This document shows, piece after piece, positions 55,435-64,000 of a stretch of DNA of 64,000 nucleotides. Under the pieces are notes generated by a model, which worked only from the letters and a program-made list of their open reading frames with translations, was not told the DNA's origin and searched no databases. The stretch is from Diplonema japonicum. Lineage: Eukaryota; Protista; Euglenozoa: Diplonemea. How positions within the stretch are numbered: the first letter of the stretch is position 1; each line of letters opens with the position of its first letter. The stretch is taken from NCBI GenBank assembly GCA_964019335.1, contig OZ025658.1, positions 558,001 to 622,000 of the forward strand, given 5' to 3'. Position numbers and translations under genes: made by a program.

Positions 55435-57324
55435 ATGAAAAAACAAATCAAATACCTTGCCCTGATCGTGATCGGGTACCTAATATGCCGGTTAGTAGAC
55501 ACACTGGCGCCTCAGAACGTGGCCCCGATAATAATTGAAAGAAAAGGCAGGCCTGCGAGAAAATCACCCCCGGTGCTCGGCACAAACGCAAACCCTCCCC
55601 CCCCACCACACTCTCCTCTTCCTCCTCCTCCTCTCCCAACAGCAACAAAAACACCCAATCCAACTCCCGACGGAGAATGGCTGGTAAACAGCAACAAAAT
55701 GGGCCATTGGGTATGGGACCCAAACGGAGCTCATATTCACGACATCCTAATAGTAATGAGTACTGGTGGGTGGGACCCGACAATAGACCTTGTAAAGGCA
55801 GGGTTTCGAGTATGGCGTAGGTCCACAGCATGTGAAAGTGCATCATGCACAACGTACGCAGCAGAGCTTCGAAAACAAAACACATGGGAGAAGAAGAACC
55901 TGCGAGACGCATGGGACTTCATCGGGTACCTTTCCGACAGCGAACCAACCCGACCTGAAGCAGGTGTTACTGTGTTTCTAACTGCAGGTGGTTTGCCAGA
56001 GAACGACCAGCTTGTTAAGAAGATACTCACACTAGCAGAATGCACTAAACGGACAAACAGATACACCCCCTTCGACCCCTCTTCCGAAACTACAACGTTC
56101 GAAAACTCCGGGAAGCACATCGCGTACTGGAACGAGAACTTCTCAAAAGATTTCAATCTACGGGTGAGCGGGAAATCGCTGACGTCGTGGGAGGGTCTTC
56201 GTTTCGCCCTCCCATCCAGGCTCGTCAAGAAACACCCCGCAGCGGTTTTCGAGAAATTCTCCGAACACGTCCCTTCGGAACGGGGTGGGGAAGGCGTTGT
56301 TTTTGGATTTTTCGAGTCCATCTTTCACGTAATATACGGTGAACTGCCCGATACACCGCACCCTTACGCTGGATGCCGCAATATTGATATTTCCACTGTT
56401 TCTACACAACAACCCTCATCGGCGCAACCGTTTTCTTCCAACGCAGTGATGTCGCACAATGCCAGAGGAAGCTGGGTTTGGGATCCAAAGGGTGCATATG
56501 TCGATAAAATACTAGTAGTGATAGGAGGGACCACCATCGACCCGACACCGGAGCTTGTAAGACGAGGTTTTAAAGTGTGGCGTGGCCGGGAAAACTGCAA
56601 GCAAACCTACAGAAAAATCATCCCGAAACAGAAGCTAACCCGGTTCGTGCAGGACGTCTGCACGGAGTCGTTCGGATACCTGCAGTACCTTTCTGACGTG
56701 GATGTGAAGAAACCTAATGCGGAGTATGTGGTGTTTATTCATGGGCATCACGAGTCATGGCATCAACCGGGGGATCTTTCAAAACTTATTTTAAACGCGG
56801 TCGACTGCACGGAGATCACACAACGCTACACACCGCTCTCAATGTACGATATGAACAAGTACTGGCACAACGACTGGGAGTGGGACAACCGTCCACAGAA
56901 ATGGATTGCTTTTTGGAACAAGCACTTTGCGCGGTTCAAGAAAATCACTTCTGAGCGGTTGTCCGGCTGGGCCTGTGCGACGTTCGTCGTTCCGCGTCGT
57001 GTCGTTGCTGCGAACTCACACGCTTTTTACCAAACCCTTCTCGATAAGAAGCTTGATGTCGGTGTCAACGACCCCACCGCTATCGACGGGTTCTTCTTCG
57101 AGTACACCTTCCACTTCATATTCAACGAGCCGCAGATGCTAGACACCTCAAAAGGGATCCCACAATGCCCTGACTTCACCTATGCTGAAAACGACCCGAA
57201 ATTCGTGAGGCAGCGCAAGGCGAGGTTCGAGAAGCTCGAGAAAATACACGATGAGCGGAAAGTCAAGGAAAATCGACAGACAAAAACATACCTTCCTTTA
57301 GTCGTAAACGAAAAAGGAAGCTGA
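55435..57324 (+). CDS. Type II membrane protein with two tandem DUF3431-like domains
   Basis: N-terminal TM and Pro stalk; internal duplication G.WVWDP.GA...IL.V...DPT..LV..GF.VWR; E..GYLQYL, VFIHGH..SWH, CATFVV, FE..FH.IF.E. Confidence 0.65.
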   Translation: MKKQIKYLALIVIGYLICRLVDTLAPQNVAPIIIERKGRPARKSPPVLGTNANPPPPPHSPLPPPPLPTATKTPNPTPDGEWLVNSNKMGHWVWDPNGAHIHDILIVMSTGGWDPTIDLVKAGFRVWRRSTACESASCTTYAAELRKQNTWEKKNLRDAWDFIGYLSDSEPTRPEAGVTVFLTAGGLPENDQLVKKILTLAECTKRTNRYTPFDPSSETTTFENSGKHIAYWNENFSKDFNLRVSGKSLTSWEGLRFALPSRLVKKHPAAVFEKFSEHVPSERGGEGVVFGFFESIFHVIYGELPDTPHPYAGCRNIDISTVSTQQPSSAQPFSSNAVMSHNARGSWVWDPKGAYVDKILVVIGGTTIDPTPELVRRGFKVWRGRENCKQTYRKIIPKQKLTRFVQDVCTESFGYLQYLSDVDVKKPNAEYVVFIHGHHESWHQPGDLSKLILNAVDCTEITQRYTPLSMYDMNKYWHNDWEWDNRPQKWIAFWNKHFARFKKITSERLSGWACATFVVPRRVVAANSHAFYQTLLDKKLDVGVNDPTAIDGFFFEYTFHFIFNEPQMLDTSKGIPQCPDFTYAENDPKFVRQRKARFEKLEKIHDERKVKENRQTKTYLPLVVNEKGS

Positions 57325-57577
57325 GGGTGGGGGAGGAGGATAGGCGTTTTTTTTTTTTCCCCGGTTTTTTATTTTTATTTTAAGACAATGCATTGTTTCC
57401 CCCATTTTCCCTCACCCCTCCCCCCTCTCCGTATTTTTTATTTCCCCCAGATTACCTAATCTAAACGGAAGAGGGACTGCCACCCACCATCCTTTTTTTT
57501 TTATATTCTGTCTGCTGGGGCGCTGCTTTACGGGGCAAAATTGCAAACAGGCGGGGCAAAAGGAAGAGGTGCCCGCA

Positions 57578-60500
57578 ATGCACCTAACCGAGAATGAATC
57601 CTTCCTAACATGCACGCTAGGAGTCGACAAAGGCCTGTTCGATAAGCAGCTGGAGGTGGCAAAGAGAGCACTGCAGTTCAAGTGTTACGACATAAAAACA
57701 AAAGAAGGCGCTGTATGGAACGCGCAGAGCTTCGAAGGGGACAACAAGGCTTTCGAAGCAGCGAAGCGGTTGGGGATTGCGTTTTTAGAACAGCTTGGTA
57801 GGGCACGGGAAACCCGGGAAGAGGTGGTCGAAGGTGTGCCCGATGTCGTCTTACCGAAACGGCTGTCTGAACAAGACGTCGAAAAAATCATCACATTGGA
57901 CTCCTCGACCGTCGATCCTAGAATATTTGGTGAGGGCTCGTTTTCCATTTCAGTCGGGGAGCTGGCAAAGCTCGAGAGAACCACAAGGGTAGTAATGTGT
58001 CCTATGTTACCACCAAGGTTTTACAGAGAGCTGTGCAGAATGACTCATGATACTGCAAACTGCGAGTTCTTCAGCATTCTGCGATCTGTACCTCTGCACC
58101 GTCTCCCTGATCCTTCTGTTCGCGCAGTTGTTGCTGTCACGCAAGAGCAGCGCCGTCGTGACGCTGAACAAGACCTCAAAAAGTTGAGCACTACCGATCA
58201 CTGGGATTCCTATATAGCGGAGACAGCTATCCACTCTTCGACTCGATCTATTTCCTACCTCTCCTCCCCGCAGTCTGCTTCTGTTGCCGCTACTGTCGCC
58301 TCCTTCCTCCGTGCTGTTCTTGCCTCCCCGTCTTCTTATGGCTTCACCTCCCGGCGCCATGCGACCACCACTCTCTCTCTCTCCCTCACCGAGCTCTGCA
58401 CCAGCGTCTGTGTCTCCCAAGAAGGCTACTACTTTGTGGACGGGACGGGGTCAACAATGAACCAGCTCGCTCCCAAGACCCCCCACCCCATCGTTTTCCT
58501 CTCTTCCCCTGGATTGGACTTTTGCACCAACAGCACAACCCGGCTTGAAATGCCAAAGTACTTCGAAGAGATCGAAGGGGCTGGGGAGGAGTGTGACCTG
58601 AGCTGTCGGTGGAAAGGGTTCAAAGAAGGGGGCGAGGCAAGCTTGCAAAAGCGTGTGAAGAACCTGTACCGTGTGATCTTGAGCTCTGCCCGTTTGCAGG
58701 GTGTTCGAAACCCCTCCATGCTCCCGATGGGGCTGGGTGTGTTCCTCTACAACGTGAACAAGGCGGACCATGATGGGGTTCGAGAAGCATACTTCCGTTC
58801 CCAGTACGAACTCCTCACGGAAGAGGATTGGGGTTTCGAGACCTACTGGTTGAACCCTGCACAACATAGGGGATTCGCCGAGAAGATGCTTCGCGAAGGG
58901 ATCGAGAAGGGGGAATTCAAATTCCACTGCAACTTGGTACTGCACAATAGGGATGCGAAGTTTCTGGCTGTGGAACTCGCGAAAGAAGAGATGCGACCGG
59001 CTGTTCTGAACCCTTCCGATTGCATTGCAGTGATGCAAGGGCTCATCGGATACTACTGGGAGATCGGGAGAGGTGACAGGTACGTTGGAGAGGAGGACTT
59101 CGCGGCGACATCCACAGGGATCCTTGGGAGGTGTGGGATTACTGACGTCTACACAGATCTGAGCAGATTAATTCAGATAGAAGGAGATGTCGAGGTAAGT
59201 ACGTGGAAGCAGCATGAGCCGATGGAGTACAACGGCAACGTGTATAGCATCGCAGAGGTGAGTGGGTGGTCGGTGGAGAGCATGGACCTGATCGCGAGCA
59301 CAGCCGCGCGGTTCTCGAGAATGGACGTATTGACTGCGGAAGGGAAGAGGTACAACTCAGGGAGCTTTGATCCTACTAAGTACATCCCCCCTGACATGAG
59401 ACTTGCTTGTACCTTTCTGGACGCCCTGGGGAGGTCGGCGGAGCCGGAAGACAAGGAGTGCGTCGTAGAGGGTGCGCCCCACGTGGAACTACTTACGCAG
59501 CTTCCAGACCTCGATGACAACACAATCATCCATTTAGACCATGAAGCCGTTTCACGCTACTGCAAAAAGGTCAACTGCGACACACACGACCTCACCACCC
59601 GTGAGATCTGCGGCGACGACACATTCTCCATCACTATGGCAGAGGTCAAACGGCTTGAGGAGACGACACGCGTGGCGATCGCATCAGATCTCCCGACTCA
59701 GTTTTACTCGGAAGTCTGCAAGCTGTCCACAAAGAAAGAAAACATCGCGTTCTTCAGCTACCTCCGGTCTGTGTCGCTATCGAGCCTTTCATCTCAAGAA
59801 AGCTGGGACAAAGTCCTCACAGTGGAGTCGGCACGGAACAAAGACAGCGTGGCCGAGGTCGCAACTCTCGAGCCGCAACTCAAAGACATTCGTACAACCA
59901 ACAAGAGCGACGACGATGTCTTGTGGGACCTCTATGTCGCGGAGATCTCGGTGAAAAATTCCACCGCTCAGATTCTCTACTTTTCTGACAGGGCCCCACA
60001 CTCTCCTTTGCTTCAGACCGCTACCAAATGGGACCAACTGCTGAACTCCGTCATCGACCACCCACGCCGCTACGGTTTCTGTTCCCTCGCACACCTCTCT
60101 CAAACTCTCTCTCTCTCCCTCACCGAGCTCTGCACCAGCGTCTGTGTCTCCCAAGAAGGCTACTACTTTGTGGACGGGACGGGGTCAACAATGAACCAGC
60201 TCGCTCCCAAGACCCCCCACCCCATCGTTTTCCTCTCTTCCCCTGGATTGGACTTTTGCACCAACAGCACAACCCGGCTTGAAATGCCAAAGTACTTCGA
60301 AGAGATCGAAGGGGCTGGGGAGGAGTGTGACCTGAGCTGTCGGTGGAAAGGGTTCAAAGAAGGGGGCGAGGCAAGCTTGCAAAAGCGTGTGAAGAACCTG
60401 TACCGTGTGATCTTGAGCTCTGCCCGTTTGCAGGGTGTTCGAAACCCCTCCATGCTCCCGATGGGGCTGGGTGTGTTCCTCTACAACGTGAACAAGGCGG

Positions 60501-63500
60501 ACCATGATGGGGTTCGAGAAGCATACTTCCGTTCCCAGTACGAACTCCTCACGGAAGAGGATTGGGGTTTCGAGACCTACTGGTTGAACCCTGCACAACA
60601 TAGGGGATTCGCCGAGAAGATGCTTCGCGAAGGGATCGAGAAGGGGGAATTCAAATTCCACTGCAACCTGGTACTGCACAATAGGGATGCGAAGTTTCTG
60701 GCTGTGGAACTCGCGAAAGAAGAGATGCGACCGGCTGTTCTGAACCCTTCCGATTGCATTGCAGTGATGCAAGGGCTCATCGGATACTACTGGGAGATCG
60801 GGAGAGGTGACAGGTACGTTGGAGAGGAGGACTTCGCGGCGACATCCACAGGGATCCTTGGGAGGTGTGGGATTACTGACGTCTACACAGATCTGAGCAG
60901 ATTAATTCAGATAGAAGGAGATATCCAAGTCGAACCGGGAAGGGAGGTGGAAGAGCACAACCACGACGGGGTGGGATACTACATGGCGGGAGGCGACGAA
61001 GGGCATGAGGGTCTGCACGGGGTGGCAAAGAAGGCAGCTGGCTTCCAGTACAACAACATCCGGAACACAGCGGGGCAGGTTTGGAACTCCTCGTCGTTTA
61101 TGCACGAGAAGTATTTCGACCCTTCTAAGCGGCTTGTCGCTGTCTTCCTCGAGGCCCTCGGCCGCTGTGGGAACAGGTCCCACGTGGTGGAAGGCGTCCC
61201 TGATGTACATCTTGCGGAGAAGATACAGAGCCTTCGCCGGCCTGGGGGGATCACCATCAACGCAGAACTCATTGACCGGTTTAGCTGTACGGAGCCACCT
61301 CACGCCATCGACCTATACGGTGCGAAGGAGTGGTCTATCTCGTACCACGAGCTGCGACGACTTGAAAAAACCGTAACGATCTGCCTCCATGCTGACATAC
61401 CAAAAGAGTTCTACAAAGAGCTGGTCATGCATACCACCGACAGGGAAAAGGCAGAGTTCTTTTCGATCCAAAGATGCGTCGCGTTGCGTGACCTGCACAG
61501 CAAGGCGATTTGGAACGAACGTGTGAGGCACGAAACGGAGCGACGCGCCTCTGCGACGGATGCGTTGAAAAAACTCCGCGAGGAGCTCAAAACACGTGAA
61601 GAAACCAACAAAGGTCGTGCCCCCGACGACATCTTGTGGGACCTCTACATCGAAGAAACGTCGGTGCGCAATTCCACTCGAACCATTGACTACTTAACTA
61701 CCCCTACGCTCTCCCTCACAGCCATCCTCGATTCCTGGAAGGCCGCCCTCACCCTCTTCTCGAACGACCCCTTGTCCTACGGCTTCCGTTCCCATGAACA
61801 CCTCTCCCAAACCCTCTCTCTCTCCCTCACCGAGCTCTGCACCAGCGTCTGTGTCTCCCAAGAAGGCTACTACTTTGTGGACGGGACGGGGTCAACAATG
61901 AACCAGCTCGCTCCCAAGACCCCCCACCCCATCGTTTTCCTCTCTTCCCCTGGATTGGACTTTTGCACCAACAGCACAACCCGGCTTGAAATGCCAAAGT
62001 ACTTCGAAGAGATCGAAGGGGCTGGGGAGGAGTGTGACCTGAGCTGTCGGTGGAAAGGGTTCAAAGAAGGGGGCGAGGCAAGCTTGCAAAAGCGTGTGAA
62101 GAACCTGTACCGTGTGATCTTGAGCTCTGCCCGTTTGCAGGGTGTTCGAAACCCCTCCATGCTCCCGATGGGGCTGGGTGTGTTCCTCTACAACGTGAAC
62201 AAGGCGGACCATGATGGGGTTCGAGAAGCATACTTCCGTTCCCAGTACGAACTCCTCACGGAAGAGGATTGGGGTTTCGAGACCTACTGGTTGAACCCTG
62301 CACAACATAGGGGATTCGCCGAGAAGATGCTTCGCGAAGGGATCGAGAAGGGGGAATTCAAATTCCACTGCAACTTGGTACTGCACAATAGGGATGCGAA
62401 GTTTCTGGCTGTGGAACTCGCGAAAGAAGAGATGCGACCGGCTGTTCTGAACCCTTCCGATTGCATTGCAGTGATGCAAGGGCTCATCGGATACTACTGG
62501 GAGATCGGGAGAGGTGACAGGTACGTTGGAGAGGAGGACTTCGCGGCGACATCCACAGGGATCCTTGGGAGGTGTGGGATTACTGACGCCTACACAGATA
62601 TAAATAGATTTGTAGCAATTCAGGGGAAAGTGATAGGAAGAAAGGTGTCGGAGAAGCTAGCTGTGGAAACTGATGAAGAAGAAGAGGTGGTAGAGGGCTT
62701 GGAGTGGGGGGAGGATCTCGAAGTGATCAGCACAGAGAACGTTTTCAGCGCCGTAATGTACGCGGGAGAGGTAGCGAAGCGAGAGATGAACGAAAGCAGG
62801 GAGGAGATCATGGAAAAGCTGAACAGTTTCTTTTCGACGCAGAACAACACCTTCTCGTGGAACTCAACGTCTTCCTCCAACAACAAGGCAACCGTCATGT
62901 ACCTTGCCTGTTCCGGCGGCGATCTGGAACTGGCAAAGATACTCCATTCAAAAGGCTGCCCCCTCGTCTCACAGTCCGACTCAACATGCATTCAAAAAAC
63001 CCCGCTTCACGGTGCGGCTCTGAACGGACACATCCAAGTCGTTTTTTGGTTGGTCCGTGTAGGACACCCTTTGAACCTCCTCACCGGAATAGGGTTATCT
63101 GTGTTTGACTGCGCTGCACGGTATGAAGGAAAGGCAAAAACTGCGGAGCAAGCATCGATGTGCCTAAAGATTTTGCGGGCCACACCAACCCAAGAGGTTG
63201 GTTGCACTGCGACCATACCGCAGGACCTAGACGACACGCAGCTTGAAAAAAGATGGTCGGAACAGCTGAGGCGAAAGGAAGAGCTAACGGATCTCCATAC
63301 TGCAGTTATACGCGGTGATCAACATGACGACGTGGAGCGCGTTCTGCGAAAAGCGAAGCAAGGCGACCACACCTGCCAACAAATGGTCGACTGGCAAGAT
63401 CGCAACGGTTGGACCGCGCTGCACTGGGCCATCGTCACGGGGAACGACAGGGACCTTCAAACCTTGCTCGGCGCCACCGACGCCTCGATGCGTGCAAAGG

Positions 63501-64000
63501 TAGACGTTGAAGACACCGATGGGTGGACCCCCCTCCACTGGGCAGTCCTCCTCTGCCGAGAAAACCCTGTCAAAATGTTGTTGTCGCAGAATGCCGAACG
63601 GACGAAACCGTTCATGGCGTTGATACACGGGCAGTTTGTAGGGTCCGTGTGGGAGGACGCCGTCAACCCCTCCAGGTACTCCTTGAAGATCACTGCTGAG
63701 ATAGGGAAACCGGAGATAGGCGCATGGCGGCACTGTGCGAAGACTAACGACACACCTTACCCAACGTTGATGCGGACTTTCAAAGGGACACACGTGTTTA
63801 AGGATGGGGTCGTGAGCATCATACAACTTGAGATGGCGGTGCCCTACAACTGCAAGCACGAGAACAGTTTCTCCTCTTCCGTATCGGTCTCAGAAGGGGC
63901 AAACCTCATGTGGCGTGGCGTTTACGATTCACGACGTGGGACCGTCTTGAAAACCTGTCGTGACGGGAAAAGCACGTGCCAGCATGTCAACGAAAAATGC
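57578..64000 (+). CDS. Giant protein (more than 2140 aa, runs off the window): three tandem ~570-aa repeats containing a macrodomain/PARG-like core, then ankyrin repeats
   Basis: Manual translation from ATG 57578 shows no stop to 64000, which probably explains its absence from the ORF track; ankyrin motifs TPLHGAA, GWTALHWA, GWTPLHWA at about 62890-63590. Confidence 0.85.
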   Translation, partial: MHLTENESFLTCTLGVDKGLFDKQLEVAKRALQFKCYDIKTKEGAVWNAQSFEGDNKAFEAAKRLGIAFLEQLGRARETREEVVEGVPDVVLPKRLSEQDVEKIITLDSSTVDPRIFGEGSFSISVGELAKLERTTRVVMCPMLPPRFYRELCRMTHDTANCEFFSILRSVPLHRLPDPSVRAVVAVTQEQRRRDAEQDLKKLSTTDHWDSYIAETAIHSSTRSISYLSSPQSASVAATVASFLRAVLASPSSYGFTSRRHATTTLSLSLTELCTSVCVSQEGYYFVDGTGSTMNQLAPKTPHPIVFLSSPGLDFCTNSTTRLEMPKYFEEIEGAGEECDLSCRWKGFKEGGEASLQKRVKNLYRVILSSARLQGVRNPSMLPMGLGVFLYNVNKADHDGVREAYFRSQYELLTEEDWGFETYWLNPAQHRGFAEKMLREGIEKGEFKFHCNLVLHNRDAKFLAVELAKEEMRPAVLNPSDCIAVMQGLIGYYWEIGRGDRYVGEEDFAATSTGILGRCGITDVYTDLSRLIQIEGDVEVSTWKQHEPMEYNGNVYSIAEVSGWSVESMDLIASTAARFSRMDVLTAEGKRYNSGSFDPTKYIPPDMRLACTFLDALGRSAEPEDKECVVEGAPHVELLTQLPDLDDNTIIHLDHEAVSRYCKKVNCDTHDLTTREICGDDTFSITMAEVKRLEETTRVAIASDLPTQFYSEVCKLSTKKENIAFFSYLRSVSLSSLSSQESWDKVLTVESARNKDSVAEVATLEPQLKDIRTTNKSDDDVLWDLYVAEISVKNSTAQILYFSDRAPHSPLLQTATKWDQLLNSVIDHPRRYGFCSLAHLSQTLSLSLTELCTSVCVSQEGYYFVDGTGSTMNQLAPKTPHPIVFLSSPGLDFCTNSTTRLEMPKYFEEIEGAGEECDLSCRWKGFKEGGEASLQKRVKNLYRVILSSARLQGVRNPSMLPMGLGVFLYNVNKADHDGVREAYFRSQYELLTEEDWGFETYWLNPAQHRGFAEKMLREGIEKGEFKFHCNLVLHNRDAKFLAVELAKEEMRPAVLNPSDCIAVMQGLIGYYWEIGRGDRYVGEEDFAATSTGILGRCGITDVYTDLSRLIQIEGDIQVEPGREVEEHNHDGVGYYMAGGDEGHEGLHGVAKKAAGFQYNNIRNTAGQVWNSSSFMHEKYFDPSKRLVAVFLEALGRCGNRSHVVEGVPDVHLAEKIQSLRRPGGITINAELIDRFSCTEPPHAIDLYGAKEWSISYHELRRLEKTVTICLHADIPKEFYKELVMHTTDREKAEFFSIQRCVALRDLHSKAIWNERVRHETERRASATDALKKLREELKTREETNKGRAPDDILWDLYIEETSVRNSTRTIDYLTTPTLSLTAILDSWKAALTLFSNDPLSYGFRSHEHLSQTLSLSLTELCTSVCVSQEGYYFVDGTGSTMNQLAPKTPHPIVFLSSPGLDFCTNSTTRLEMPKYFEEIEGAGEECDLSCRWKGFKEGGEASLQKRVKNLYRVILSSARLQGVRNPSMLPMGLGVFLYNVNKADHDGVREAYFRSQYELLTEEDWGFETYWLNPAQHRGFAEKMLREGIEKGEFKFHCNLVLHNRDAKFLAVELAKEEMRPAVLNPSDCIAVMQGLIGYYWEIGRGDRYVGEEDFAATSTGILGRCGITDAYTDINRFVAIQGKVIGRKVSEKLAVETDEEEEVVEGLEWGEDLEVISTENVFSAVMYAGEVAKREMNESREEIMEKLNSFFSTQNNTFSWNSTSSSNNKATVMYLACSGGDLELAKILHSKGCPLVSQSDSTCIQKTPLHGAALNGHIQVVFWLVRVGHPLNLLTGIGLSVFDCAARYEGKAKTAEQASMCLKILRATPTQEVGCTATIPQDLDDTQLEKRWSEQLRRKEELTDLHTAVIRGDQHDDVERVLRKAKQGDHTCQQMVDWQDRNGWTALHWAIVTGNDRDLQTLLGATDASMRAKVDVEDTDGWTPLHWAVLLCRENPVKMLLSQNAERTKPFMALIHGQFVGSVWEDAVNPSRYSLKITAEIGKPEIGAWRHCAKTNDTPYPTLMRTFKGTHVFKDGVVSIIQLEMAVPYNCKHENSFSSSVSVSEGANLMWRGVYDSRRGTVLKTCRDGKSTCQHVNEKC
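58370..62588 (+). repeat. Three near-identical ~0.8-kb coding blocks (58370-59188, 60104-60922, 61814-62588)
   Basis: Offsets 1734 and 1707 nt (both in frame); only one synonymous difference seen (TTG/CTG at 60668). Confidence 0.95.

Noticed and set aside
838-55502. Many ORFs and ORF extensions rich in poly-K/poly-F, and all minus-strand ORFs
   Set aside because: They are translations of poly(A)/poly(T) tracts or antisense shadows of + strand genes
58451-62479. Three identical 195-aa minus-strand ORFs as separate genes or IS copies
   Set aside because: They are antisense to the repeated core of the giant + strand ORF; no TIRs, TSDs or transposase motifs
57578-62600. Diversity-generating retroelement (template/variable repeats)
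   Set aside because: No adenine-specific mismatches and no reverse transcriptase in the window; the cores are identical and in frame
24492-64000. Functional cluster of DNA-damage/ADP-ribose genes (Apollo, CHFR-PBZ, sirtuin-like, macrodomain-like)
   Set aside because: The genes are far apart and interleaved with unrelated ones; directional clusters are generally not functionally organised

Overview
Eukaryotic nuclear DNA, most consistent with a euglenozoan protist (probably a diplonemid; this is inference). About 30 protein-coding genes all lie head-to-tail on the + strand, separated by poly(T)/poly(A) low-complexity spacers, and several are interrupted by very short GT-AG introns that are mostly poly(A). 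Recognisable genes include EMC8/9, an acyl-CoA oxidase/dehydrogenase, DNMT2, a GT25 glycosyltransferase, OvoA, adenosine kinase, POP5, SNM1B/Apollo, NDUFS4-like, CHFR, HemE, a sirtuin-like protein, a metacaspase, an X8-GH26 protein, WDR13-like and a DUF3431-like protein. Highlights not explained by the ORF track: (1) the single long intron of ovoA holds four tandem box C/D snoRNA copies with a guide complementary to a conserved SSU rRNA site; (2) an unlisted ORF of more than 2140 aa (57578 to the window end) has three repeats, each with a diverged half and a nucleotide-identical macrodomain/PARG-like half, followed by ankyrin repeats; (3) a 2.3-kb TIR element carries tRNA-like Pol III cassettes in both arms. 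There are also two MITE/foldback elements and several enzymes with substituted catalytic residues. All protein calls come from motif recognition by eye; no database searches were run.
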